Program-made: the position numbers and the translations under genes
The notes under the pieces: generated by a model
Seen by the model: the letters and a program-made list of their open reading frames with translations, nothing else
What the model was told of the DNA's origin: nothing
The model's database searches: none
Origin: Candidatus Marinacidobacterales bacterium
GTDB lineage: Bacteria; Acidobacteriota; Vicinamibacteria; Marinacidobacterales; DATDRI01
DNA: 64,000 nucleotides
NCBI GenBank assembly: GCA_965219415.1
Contig: OZ244742.1
Location: forward strand, 640,001-704,000
Reading direction: 5' to 3'
In this document: one piece after another, positions 31,560 through 41,559 of the stretch
How the letters are laid out: every line of letters begins with the position of its first letter
Numbering within the stretch: position 1 is the first letter of the stretch

Positions 31560-34282
31560 AGAGCAAATCGCCTGCGATCTCCCTCACGGTGAACGGCCGC
31601 GCCGCTACCGTGAACGCCAATCCCATTCAGCGGCTGGTCTATGTTTTGAGGGACGAGCTCGGACTGACAGGGACGAAGATCGGTTGCGACGCAGGAGACT
31701 GTGGCGCCTGCACCGTCCTTTTGGACGACGAACAGGTCTGCTCTTGTCTGGTTCCGGTCGGGCAGACGGCGGGTCGCCGGGTGGTGACCGTCGAGGGGCT
31801 CGCCGAAAACGGCCGTTTGAGTCTGCTTCAAGAGTCCTTCCACCGGCACGGAGCGGCGCAATGCGGCATCTGCACACCCGGCATGCTGATGGCCGCTGCC
31901 GATCTGCTGCGCCGAAAATCCAACCCGTCGAAACTGGAAGTCGAAGATGCTCTCGGTGGCGTGCTCTGCCGCTGCACGGGTTACCAGAAGATCGTGGAAG
32001 CGGTGCTCGATTCAACATCTGAGCTCGGCCCGAAATCTCCACCCGAGAAATCCGTCGACGCACGCGTCCCTAAAGTAGACGGTCTCGAACGAGTGACGGG
32101 AGCGGCCGCCTATGGCGCCGACTCTGCCCCGGCCGATTCCTTGTGGCTGCGAGCCATTCGCTCGCCTCACGCGCGAGCGCGTTTTCAACTCGGCTCGTTC
32201 GAGTCACTCCACACTGAGTACTCAGGCCTGGCCAAGATCATGACCACCGCGGAGATTCCGGGGAACAACGGATTCGGAATCTATCCTCACATCAAAGACC
32301 AGCCGGTCCTCGCTGACGGCGAAGTACGTTTTCGTGGCGAAGCGGTGGCCGCATTGATCGGTGACCGCGAGACGGTTATCTCCATTCGTGACGAAGACGT
32401 ACCCGTCGAGTGGGAACCGCTCGAGCCCCTTCTCGGTATCGATGCGGCCCTTGCGCCGGATGCTCCACTCCTCCATTCCGATAAGCCAGACAACATCCTG
32501 GTCAGGGGTTTGGTCGAGCGCGGAAACGCGGATGCCGGGCTGGAGCAGGGTGAAATCACGGCCGAGGGAACGTTCGAGACTCCCTTCATCGAGCACGCCT
32601 ACATCGAGCCCGAGGCCGGATGGGCACGGCGCGTCGGAGATCGGGTCGAGGTCACGGTATCGACCCAAACCCCTTACATGGATCGAAACGAAGTCGCTCT
32701 GGTCCTCGGCCTCGAACCGGAACAGGTACGTATCATCCCCACCGCCTGCGGTGGTGGATTCGGCGGCAAGCTCGACATGGCGGTGCAGCCATTGATCGCA
32801 TGTGGTTATCGACCGGTCCGAGCCATCTACACCCGTCCCGAATCCATGGCTTCGACCACCAAGCGGCATCCTTCGCGGATGACGGCGCTATTCGCCTGTA
32901 AGCGGAGCGGCCACCTCACAGCCTGTCGTTTTCACGGCGACTTCAACACCGGCGCCTATTCGTCTTGGGGACCGACGGTGGCCGGCCGCGTGCCGATCCA
33001 CGCCACCGGTCCCTACTTCGTTCCCAACATGAAGGCAACGACGCGGGCGATCTTCACCAACGAGCCACCGGCGGGTGCCTTCCGCGGCTTCGGTGTACCG
33101 CAAGCCGCCATAGCCCATGAAACACTGATCGACGAGTTGGCAGAAAAATGCGGTATCGATCCATTGGATTTCCGACTGCGAAACGCGATACGTGTTGGAC
33201 AAGAAACCGCAACCGGACAAAGACTCGAGGCAAGCGCCGGGCTCGCGCAGTGCCTCGAAGCACTTCAATCGCAGTGGCGTAAAGCGCGCCAAGCGACGGA
33301 GCGATTCAATCAAGGTTCAACCATCCTTAAACGCGGCGTCGGGGTCGGCTGCATGTGGTACGGCATCGGAAACACCGCGATGGCCAACCCTTCCAACATG
33401 AAAGTCGCGCTCGATCGCGAGGGGAAGCTGACACTTTACAACGGCGCGGTCGATATCGGCCAGGGATCCACCACCATACTGACGCAGATCTGCGCCGATG
33501 CCTTGGGCGTCCCGGTCTCGAAGTTCCACGGGCTCGTCGGGGACACCGACCTCACCGAAGACGCAGGAAAGACATCGGCTTCGCGTCAGACGTTCGTCTC
33601 CGGCAACGCGGCGAAGTTGGCGGGCGAAGAGCTGCGGCGGAAGATTCTGAATCTAGCGAACACGTGCGAGTACGCAACGATCTCGCTCGAAGGTCCGCGT
33701 GTTGTCGTTCGGGACGGAGACACCGAACACGTCGTGGACCTGGCCCAGCTTTCCGAAGAGGAGAATGGCGACGTGCTGGTGGGCAAAGGCCACTTCGATC
33801 CTCCGACCACGGCGCTCGACGAGAAGGGGCAAGGCATCCCTTACGCCACCTATGGCTTTGCCGCCCAAATGGCCGAGGTGGCAGTCGACACCGAGCTAGG
33901 AACCGTCAAGGTGCTCAAGGTGGTAGCCGCGCATGACGTCGGCCGCGCCATAAACCCGGTCCAAGTCGAGGGCCAAGTCCACGGCGGCATCGCGCAAGGG
34001 ATCGGACTTGCGCTTATGGAGGAATACATCCCCGGACGAAGCGAGAACTTGCACGACTACCTGATTCCCACCTTCGGCGACGTGCCCGAGATAGAAACGA
34101 TTATCGTTGAAGAGAACGAGCCTCTCGGAGGCTATGGCGCCAAAGGAATTGGCGAGCCAGCGCTTGTTGCGACGGCCCCAGCGATCTTGAACGCGATCCA
34201 CCACGCAGTCGGTGTACGCATCACCCGTGTGCCCGCGACACCCGACCGGGTGCGCCAAGCGCTACAGGAACGGCAGAAATGA
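31556..34282 (+). CDS. Fused [2Fe-2S] and molybdopterin-binding subunit, probable nicotinate dehydrogenase
   Basis: GCDAGDCGACT, QCGICTPG, CRCTGY, GGGFGGK, AFRGFG, SASRQT and AKGIGE; followed by a 6-hydroxynicotinate reductase-like gene. Confidence 0.85.
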   Translation: MKSKSPAISLTVNGRAATVNANPIQRLVYVLRDELGLTGTKIGCDAGDCGACTVLLDDEQVCSCLVPVGQTAGRRVVTVEGLAENGRLSLLQESFHRHGAAQCGICTPGMLMAAADLLRRKSNPSKLEVEDALGGVLCRCTGYQKIVEAVLDSTSELGPKSPPEKSVDARVPKVDGLERVTGAAAYGADSAPADSLWLRAIRSPHARARFQLGSFESLHTEYSGLAKIMTTAEIPGNNGFGIYPHIKDQPVLADGEVRFRGEAVAALIGDRETVISIRDEDVPVEWEPLEPLLGIDAALAPDAPLLHSDKPDNILVRGLVERGNADAGLEQGEITAEGTFETPFIEHAYIEPEAGWARRVGDRVEVTVSTQTPYMDRNEVALVLGLEPEQVRIIPTACGGGFGGKLDMAVQPLIACGYRPVRAIYTRPESMASTTKRHPSRMTALFACKRSGHLTACRFHGDFNTGAYSSWGPTVAGRVPIHATGPYFVPNMKATTRAIFTNEPPAGAFRGFGVPQAAIAHETLIDELAEKCGIDPLDFRLRNAIRVGQETATGQRLEASAGLAQCLEALQSQWRKARQATERFNQGSTILKRGVGVGCMWYGIGNTAMANPSNMKVALDREGKLTLYNGAVDIGQGSTTILTQICADALGVPVSKFHGLVGDTDLTEDAGKTSASRQTFVSGNAAKLAGEELRRKILNLANTCEYATISLEGPRVVVRDGDTEHVVDLAQLSEEENGDVLVGKGHFDPPTTALDEKGQGIPYATYGFAAQMAEVAVDTELGTVKVLKVVAAHDVGRAINPVQVEGQVHGGIAQGIGLALMEEYIPGRSENLHDYLIPTFGDVPEIETIIVEENEPLGGYGAKGIGEPALVATAPAILNAIHHAVGVRITRVPATPDRVRQALQERQK

Positions 34283-34920
34283 GCTCTCCCGCAACGGCCG
34301 ATAAAGAAAACATTACCTGCAATGCGTGTCCGGTTCTTTGCCGGATCCGGCCCGGCCGCACCGGCGCTTGCGATCGCTACGGCAACGTCGACGGGGTGCT
34401 CACGCGGACGGATCCTATCGTCGTGGCTCAGAAAACCATCGACGACAAGGGCAAGATGGTTCCCTTCCTCGCCAGGGACTGGGACGGCGAGCTTCTTGCT
34501 GAAGTCGCCGTGACATTTCGAGACCCAGCGGTTTGAGAGCTTCCATCATCGCCGCGATCTCCGGCTCGAACCGCCCCGCATAGGGGTTCTTGAGAACCGC
34601 GCAGATCGCACCTCGGCGGCGTGGTTTTTCTGGAGAGGGACCTCCCTCGTGGAGGATCTCCTCGAGGAAGACCAGAAACTTTCGGACCTGAATCAACTTT
34701 GACATTAGATCCTCACAAGTGAAGGCGCCGAAGTTCCTAACCGGAATCGGCACCGGGACCACTTACCCCGATTACAAACCTGCGCCCTTCATCGTGTCCA
34801 GCGAGCACGAGGGCGTGGACATGGTTACCGTCGTGACCGAGGGCATCTTTAGCTACTGCGGCGTGAAAGTGAAGATCGATACCGACCGCTTCATCGGACC
34901 CGAGCAGTCTGCCGTCCGGA
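34279..34920 (+). pseudogene. 6-hydroxynicotinate reductase-like gene, interrupted and truncated
   Basis: CNACPVLCRIRPGRTGACDRY (34279-~34495) resumes at 34719 as FLTGIGTGTTYPDYKPAPFIVS...VTEGIFSYCGVKVKIDTDR. Confidence 0.75.
34495..34705 (-). pseudogene. Inverted N-terminal fragment of an amino acid synthesis family (DUF1185-like) gene
   Basis: MSKLIQVRKFLVFLEEILHEGGP...AVLKNPYAGRF, with its own GAGG RBS. Confidence 0.7.
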
Positions 34921-35055
34921 GTGTGGGGAGTTCTCCTACGAGATTGGGAAGGATGGTTTCGAGACACTGCCAGGCCCGAGCGTACGCAGCCTCGAGCTCC
35001 TTTGCCTCTCCGAACGCCTCGAAAATGAGATCGATCGGTCCATGCTGGTAGTGCC
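34917..35055 (-). pseudogene. Inverted fragment of a UPF0280/ApbE-like gene
   Basis: Manual translation HYQHGPIDLIFEAFGEAKELEAAYARAWQCLETILPNLVGELPTLR. Confidence 0.65.
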
Positions 35056-35056
35056 A

Positions 35057-36046
35057 TCGGCGTCCATCACGAAGCTAGGCTCTGTGGGGTATGCGGTGAG
35101 CCTCCTTCCCCGATATCGGTGGGCTTCCGACGGGAAGTCGATCGTCTTGTCGCAAGGAGGCAAACTGCGAACCGTCCAAGTTGAATCGGGAAGCGATGGA
35201 GGAAGTACAGCGAAAGGCCGAAGCCGGAGCGAGCGCCATCAAGCAATACCTCCAGCCACGGAGAGACCAGCGGCAGTGGATCGTGGATGCCGCACGAAAG
35301 GTTGGCCTAACCGTCACTGGTGAAGGTGGCGACCTCGAGTTCAATCTCAGCATGATCATGGATGGTCACAAGGGCTTCGAGCACGGGCTGAGCTACTTCC
35401 CTATCTACAGCGACGTAGCGAAGTTTCTCGGCCAGGCGGACGCGGTGTACTCGCCCGTATTCTCGGTAGCCGGACCTGGCTACATCTTCAACCAGGATTA
35501 TTTCTTTCAAGAACGCGATCTTTGGAAAGAGGAAAAACTCCGCCGTTTCTCGCCCTGGTGGCAGCTCATGCCGCACCTGCGTCAACGCATCCTACGCCCG
35601 GCAAGCGATTACGATTTTCCGCTGCGGGCCCAGGGACTGGCAGACATCATCGCCGAAGGAGGCCCCACGGGGCCATCGGGTCACACGGACAACAGCATGG
35701 CCTCGCGTCCCACTGGGAGGTCTGGATGGCAGCGTCGGCGCTCGGTCCGATGGGAGCGCTCGAGGTCGCAAGCCTCGAGGGTGCTTACTTCATCGGTGTG
35801 GACCAGGACATCGGCTCTATCGTGCCAGGCAAATTGGCCGACGTCCTTGTTCTCGACTCCAATCCTCTTGACAACATCCGCAACACTCTCGACATCGCAT
35901 ACGTCATGAAGGGCGGCATTCTCTACGACGCCGACACTCCGGACGAGATTTGGCCGGAGGACCGCCCCTTCGGGGACTACTACTGGGTGAACCCCGACGC
36001 CCTGAAAGACGATGTCCGTCCCGTCACCCACTGGGACAAGCGGTGA
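35057..36046 (+). pseudogene. TolB-repeat amidohydrolase remnant with internal deletion and frameshift
   Basis: WASDGKSIVLSQGGK joined to IKQYLQPRRDQRQW...EH...GSHGQQHG...GSIVPGKLAD. Confidence 0.75.
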
Positions 36047-36056
36047 GACATTCACC

Positions 36057-38681
36057 TCATCTGGAGTGCGGCGCCTCAGGCGGTGCGAGGATCGTGTTGA
36101 ACAATAGGTCAAACGTGCCGACGCTCAGCCAACGGTGAACGGGGTTGAACGCGAACATCACGAGTTTGCCTCGTCCGATGGGCGCTTCGATGATCGCCGG
36201 CGCGCCTCGAAGTGGCACGGCATTGTCGGCAAGCCCAGATAACCACGTTTCGTTTTCCGCGAAGCGGAGCAGCACAGAGGCGCTGCCGCCTTCCATCACC
36301 GAGAACACCGGGGCCTTGGCGAAAAAAACTGCCAGCTCTCGAGAGTAGCCGTCCGTCGTCGGCCGGCGGTCGTCGACAACCTCCGCGCTCAATATCGATC
36401 CGGGGACGAGAAGCCCCGGTGGGTCGACGATCGCGACATCGGGTACCAACCCATAGTCCACCGGAACTCGACACGCCGATCCAATGGTAACGAGAGTCCC
36501 GCCGTCTCTCACAAACGTCTCGAGATTCTCCACTCCCACCAGACCCATCCCGCCCGTGATGTCTTCGGAGGAATCGTAGTCGCCCATGAAACGAAACCGC
36601 GCCGTCCTAGCGTAGGCGAGCGGTCCGTACTTTCGGTCCAACCCGGCCACGATGGCTTCGCCATCGCCTCTCCCGGCGGGACTCGCCGGAGCGAAAACGA
36701 GCGCGTCGAAGTCTTTCGCCAATCCTCCGCGTCGCAATCTCTCTTCGTTGACTAGCTCATAGCGAACCCCCAGTGTATCCAGCGTGAACCGGAGCCAACC
36801 GGTGTCCTGTGTATATCTCCAGGTGTAGACGAGTCCGACACGCGGTGAGCCAGCTTCTTCGAAGCGACGCTTCAAGGCCTTCGTCTCCGTGTAGCCGTTC
36901 GGTACCTCCGTCACCACCGGCTCCATCGCGGCGTTCAAAATGGCTTGGTCCCGCACTTCCATCGTGCGGACGCCGTACATGAGGCCAAGTGTCCAGGCGG
37001 TGTCGTCATAGGAAGGGGGGGCGTTCTTCGGATATTTCTGAATCTCGAACAGGGTCTGGATGAAGTTCCGGTAAGGCTGGTCCATGCGGACGACGTAGGA
37101 ACCCCGAGGCAAGCGTGCCTCACCCGCGCCGACCGCTTCCACGCTCGCTCCGCCATCGACGCCGCTCGTATCCACTACCGACGCCAACGTCATTTCGGCA
37201 GTCAGTCGGTGGACCTCGATCCCGTGGCGACGAACGAGGTTGACCAGCGAGGTGGCCCGTGCGTCAGCGTCTCGATGCCCAACGCTCCCCTGCCCCGAGG
37301 GGACTACCCATGCGTAAGGTGGCTCGGTCCTCCCCCGATGAAGGGAGTTGGAGCTCTTTTTCCAGAAGTTCTCGAGTAGCGTCTCGGGGTGACGGGCAAC
37401 CAGATCCAATGCGCTCAACACCGCAGTCTGTTGGTAATTGATACTGTTCCGATGGGACCATTCGACTTCCCGGTAGGGTGGGACCGGCCGAAACCACTCC
37501 CGACTGAGACGGTTCGCGTACGTCCGGGTGTGATTGAAAATAGATAGAATCGGCTCGGTGAGCTCGCGTCTCATCGTGCTGGCCCCCGCATTGCCGAAGG
37601 ATTGATGGAAGCGGCCTGCCGCATTTCGATTGACCGCGATCCAAGCTACGTACCCCGGGTACCAAGCCTGCGCGAAGTCATACACCCAAACGCCGGGCAT
37701 ACCCCAGCGATTCATTTGAGCTAGCTCGTAATGAGCCAACCACGATAGCTCCGTTTCGTAGATGGGGCCGTAGTTAGGATAGTTCGGTCCGGTTCCGGTG
37801 AAGATGTAGAGAAACGGCAAGGACTCGTGGAAGTCGTCTATCACCTGAGGGTGGAAACTGTCGAAGAGCTCGAGCAAGGCACGGGTCGCCGGCTGGGAAA
37901 GAACGATGCCGTCCCGGTTCGTGTCGTGGTAGAGATACTTGCTCCAGTAGGGCGAGGTCGGTTTCCACTGCGTCTGATCGGTAATGTCGATCAGGTGACG
38001 CGAGTACCAATCGGCATATCGATCGCGCCCGTCGGGCTCGAAGACTGGCAGAATGAGAACGATCACTTCGTGACGAATCCGCTCGAGTGTCGGATCATCG
38101 CTGACCGCCAAGCGGTACGCCAGCTCCATCATCATTTCGGGGCTCGCGGTCTCCGCCCCCTGAACCGCTCCCATCACCGCGTAGATGGGTTTTCCTTCTC
38201 GAACGATGTCCGCGGACCGTGCCTCGGAGGTTAGTCTAGGGTCTGCGAGCGCGGCGGTCATGGATTTGTATTTCTCGATTTGCCGGATGTTCTCTTCCGA
38301 GCTGACGGCGAGCGCGATGATGCGGCGTCCTTCGCTCGATGTCCCGATGAAGAATGAATCGACTCGCGCAGATTTTTCAGCCAGCGCTTCCATATAACGA
38401 ACGATGTCCGCGTAGTAGGTCATCTTGCCAGGCTGACCTACGGTGTAACCGAGAACCTCTCGCGGCGGTGGTACGCCATCGATGGACGCGGGCAAGGGAT
38501 CGACGAGCGGAGAGAGGAACTCCGGGCGCGTCGTATAGCTACGAATCGCCCTCGTCCCCTCCTCGTCGACGCCCGCACGTTGGGAGGGCGCGGACTCTGC
38601 GGTCAAACCCGAAATCACCGAGACCAGGCATGCGATTGTAGTGCAACGCGGCAGGGTTCCCATGTCCCAACCGTATATCAT
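36057..38681 (-). CDS. M14-family zinc carboxypeptidase-like protein with degenerate active-site residues
   Basis: IGTSSEGR, EPDGRD, HDTNRD, DFHES, YDDTAW and QDTGW; C-terminal GATase-like domain. Confidence 0.75.
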   Translation of the reverse strand: MIYGWDMGTLPRCTTIACLVSVISGLTAESAPSQRAGVDEEGTRAIRSYTTRPEFLSPLVDPLPASIDGVPPPREVLGYTVGQPGKMTYYADIVRYMEALAEKSARVDSFFIGTSSEGRRIIALAVSSEENIRQIEKYKSMTAALADPRLTSEARSADIVREGKPIYAVMGAVQGAETASPEMMMELAYRLAVSDDPTLERIRHEVIVLILPVFEPDGRDRYADWYSRHLIDITDQTQWKPTSPYWSKYLYHDTNRDGIVLSQPATRALLELFDSFHPQVIDDFHESLPFLYIFTGTGPNYPNYGPIYETELSWLAHYELAQMNRWGMPGVWVYDFAQAWYPGYVAWIAVNRNAAGRFHQSFGNAGASTMRRELTEPILSIFNHTRTYANRLSREWFRPVPPYREVEWSHRNSINYQQTAVLSALDLVARHPETLLENFWKKSSNSLHRGRTEPPYAWVVPSGQGSVGHRDADARATSLVNLVRRHGIEVHRLTAEMTLASVVDTSGVDGGASVEAVGAGEARLPRGSYVVRMDQPYRNFIQTLFEIQKYPKNAPPSYDDTAWTLGLMYGVRTMEVRDQAILNAAMEPVVTEVPNGYTETKALKRRFEEAGSPRVGLVYTWRYTQDTGWLRFTLDTLGVRYELVNEERLRRGGLAKDFDALVFAPASPAGRGDGEAIVAGLDRKYGPLAYARTARFRFMGDYDSSEDITGGMGLVGVENLETFVRDGGTLVTIGSACRVPVDYGLVPDVAIVDPPGLLVPGSILSAEVVDDRRPTTDGYSRELAVFFAKAPVFSVMEGGSASVLLRFAENETWLSGLADNAVPLRGAPAIIEAPIGRGKLVMFAFNPVHRWLSVGTFDLLFNTILAPPEAPHSR

Positions 38682-38754
38682 GGCGGCGAGCAGCTTGCGA
38701 TTGCAGGAGCTCCGTTGGCAAAAAGCCGTCGAATTAAGGTAGATTCTCGCGGAG

Positions 38755-39468
38755 ATGAAAACAGCAAAATCAACGCTTCATATCGCGGAGGGAGGCTTCC
38801 TCGCTCGCCCCGAAAAAAAGGCCGACTCGGACCAGCGGGATGCAGAGATAAGGCCCTACGCCGCCCAGCAGCCCGGCTTCGTCGAAACCTATGGCGGTTC
38901 CATTACCGGTACCGACTGGGGCTTTTTCACTGCCAAGTTTCGGAGTCTGCAAGACATGGAACACTGGCAAGCGGACCGAACACATAACGATGTGCAAGAC
39001 GAAGCGAGGGATTCGTTTTGGTACGCCTACTACGTTCGCAAAGGACGCTTGCTATCAGCGGCCGAGACCGCCGAGGGGAAGCTCCTGTGCGAGGCGGTGT
39101 TGCTCCGCGACCAGCCGCTGAGTCCCGAGGAACATAACGTTGCCAACGCGGCGGCCGTGGAGACTTCTCGATTCGGCGTTCTGCCGTACGAGACGCTGAG
39201 AGGTTCCCCCATCCCCACGCCCTACGTATTCACCGGCCCGGTGGGCGTCTTACCCCAGGCCGCGCCGGTGCAATACGTCTTGCTTACCTACTGGGAGAAA
39301 ACCGAGGCCAGTGCCGCATGGCAAGAGTCCCCGGCGTTCCAACACTTCGAACAGCTCGGCCAAGTCTCAACCTCGCTTTACGTGCTAATTCCAGAAAGAC
39401 AACCTCGCATGGGACTTCTTCCCGACCGTTTGCAGCGGGAGTGGGTCGCACCGGATGCGCCCATTTGA
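38755..39468 (+). CDS. ABM/dimeric alpha-beta-barrel domain protein, tandem domains
   Basis: QQPGFV...FRSLQDMEHW..H..VQ..R...Y..Y followed by a second LLTYWE...AWQ domain. Confidence 0.55.
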   Translation: MKTAKSTLHIAEGGFLARPEKKADSDQRDAEIRPYAAQQPGFVETYGGSITGTDWGFFTAKFRSLQDMEHWQADRTHNDVQDEARDSFWYAYYVRKGRLLSAAETAEGKLLCEAVLLRDQPLSPEEHNVANAAAVETSRFGVLPYETLRGSPIPTPYVFTGPVGVLPQAAPVQYVLLTYWEKTEASAAWQESPAFQHFEQLGQVSTSLYVLIPERQPRMGLLPDRLQREWVAPDAPI

Positions 39469-39504
39469 TGCCCGAAGGACGCCGGGCTAGCCCCGTCACC
39501 AGAA

Positions 39505-41559
39505 ATGTCCAGCCAGCCCCGCAAGCCCCGTAAGATTGTCGGCGTCGACGTGGGCGGTACGTTTACCGATCTCGTGTGGATGGAAGAGGCGGGAGAGGAC
39601 GTACGCGTGGCGAAGGTACCCACCACCGTCCCAAACCAGGCCATCGGTGTGTTGGCGGCTCTCGAGGCGGCGGACGCCGATTTGAGCGCGGTCACCTCCA
39701 TCGTGCACGGGACGACGACCACCACAAACGCCTTGCTCGAGCGCAAGGTGTCTCGCTGCGGCTTGGTCACCACCAAGGGCTTTCGTGTCCTCGAGTTGGG
39801 ACGCCGCACCCGCCCCAATCCATACGGCATGGTCGGCCATTTCGAACCGCTGATCCCTCGCGAACTGAGGCTCGAGGTGCGCGAGCGGATGGACGCCGAC
39901 GGCAAAGTGGTGACGCCCCTCGACCGGGACGAAACCGCGACAGTCATCAAAAAACTGCGGGACTTAGGCTACGAGTCTCTGGTCATCCACTTCCTGCACG
40001 CCTACATCAACCCCGAGCACGAGCGACAAGCCGCCGAAATAGCGCGCGAGCTCTGGCCCAATTCCTACATCACGATGGGTCATGCGATTCTGAGCGAGTA
40101 CCGGGAGTACGAGCGCGGCACGACGGCGGCCGTCAACGCGGCGATTCAGCCGGTCCTCCACCGCTACATCTCCCGCCTTCAGGACGAGCTCCACGGACGT
40201 TCCTACGCCTATGACCTCTTGGTGATGCAAGGCAACGGCGGAATGGTATCCTCGAAGATCGTGTCGGAGGCCGCGGTCAACACGGTGATGTCTGGACCGG
40301 CTTCCGGTGTCATGGCCGCCGCATACACCGCAAAGGCTTCCGGCTACCCGAACGTCATCACCTACGATATGGGTGGGACGAGCTGTGACGTCGGTCTCAT
40401 CCAAGGAGGCATCCCCCAGGTCAGTGCCGAGCTCGAGCTCGAGTACGCCATGCCGATTCACGTTCCCATGGTCGATGTTCACAGTATTGGGGCGGGAGGC
40501 GGTTCCATCGCCTTCATCAACGACGCCGGCATGTTGCAGGTCGGTCCGGAGAGTGCAGGAGCCGATCCCGGCCCGATTTGCTACGGTCGCGGCGGGCGCC
40601 GCCCGACGATAACCGACGCGAACTTGGTCCTGGGCCGCCTCAACCCAAAAACTTTGCTCGCCGTCGACAATCCGGTATCGCTCGAAGACGTAAAGAGCAC
40701 CCTTGTTCGAGACATCGGCACACCTCTCGGCATTAGCGCGGAAGAAGCGGCGGCGGCGGTGCTGCAAATCGGCAACAACCGTATGGCCGGCGCCTTGCGC
40801 ATGGTTTCCTTGGCCCGTGGCCACGATCCACGTGACTTCGCTCTCTTTGCCTTCGGCGGCGCGGGACCGCTTCATGCCGTCGCACTCGCTCGCGAGCTCG
40901 CAGTGCCGACGATCATCGTTCCGGCACGCCCTGGCATCACCAATGCGGTCGGCTGTATCGCCGCCGACGTGCGCCATGACTATGTCAATACGCTCAACCA
41001 CCCGCTCCCGACACTCGACATGGATCGGGTGCGCCAAATCCTTGGATCTCAAATCGACGAAGGAAAACGAACCATCGAGCGCGAAGGCATCGAAATTGAA
41101 AACCTCGAGGTCATCCACTCCGCGGACATGCAGTTTCTGGGGCAGACACACATTCTGACCATCCCCGTCCCGGATATCGACGTGACCCGTCGTCAGCTCC
41201 AAGAGGCGTTCGAAAGAGCGTACTGGAATCGATTCGAAGTCGAGCTCCCCGAGATCCGTGCGGTGTTGGTGAATTTACATACCGCGGTCGTCGGTTCCAG
41301 AAAGGCGGTCCCTTTGAAAGCGCTCGCGGCGACCGATGGCCAGGCCGGTGCCTCCGCGTCTCAGAGAAAGGTGTGGTTCCAACAAGGCTGGCTGGCTACT
41401 GATATCTACGAGCGTCGCCAATTACCGGCGGGGAGTCGAATCGAGGGTCCCGCAGTCGTCGAGCAGCTCGACACAACCGCCGTCATCGAGCCCGGCAATC
41501 ACGTCGTCTCCGACGATCTTGGCAACCTCATCATCACCATCGACGGAGGGAAGGATTGA
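39505..41559 (+). CDS. Hydantoinase/oxoprolinase A subunit
   Basis: GVDVGGTFTD, HGTT, SGPASG, DMGGTS, IGAGGGS and FGGAGPLH. Confidence 0.92.
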   Translation: MSSQPRKPRKIVGVDVGGTFTDLVWMEEAGEDVRVAKVPTTVPNQAIGVLAALEAADADLSAVTSIVHGTTTTTNALLERKVSRCGLVTTKGFRVLELGRRTRPNPYGMVGHFEPLIPRELRLEVRERMDADGKVVTPLDRDETATVIKKLRDLGYESLVIHFLHAYINPEHERQAAEIARELWPNSYITMGHAILSEYREYERGTTAAVNAAIQPVLHRYISRLQDELHGRSYAYDLLVMQGNGGMVSSKIVSEAAVNTVMSGPASGVMAAAYTAKASGYPNVITYDMGGTSCDVGLIQGGIPQVSAELELEYAMPIHVPMVDVHSIGAGGGSIAFINDAGMLQVGPESAGADPGPICYGRGGRRPTITDANLVLGRLNPKTLLAVDNPVSLEDVKSTLVRDIGTPLGISAEEAAAAVLQIGNNRMAGALRMVSLARGHDPRDFALFAFGGAGPLHAVALARELAVPTIIVPARPGITNAVGCIAADVRHDYVNTLNHPLPTLDMDRVRQILGSQIDEGKRTIEREGIEIENLEVIHSADMQFLGQTHILTIPVPDIDVTRRQLQEAFERAYWNRFEVELPEIRAVLVNLHTAVVGSRKAVPLKALAATDGQAGASASQRKVWFQQGWLATDIYERRQLPAGSRIEGPAVVEQLDTTAVIEPGNHVVSDDLGNLIITIDGGKD

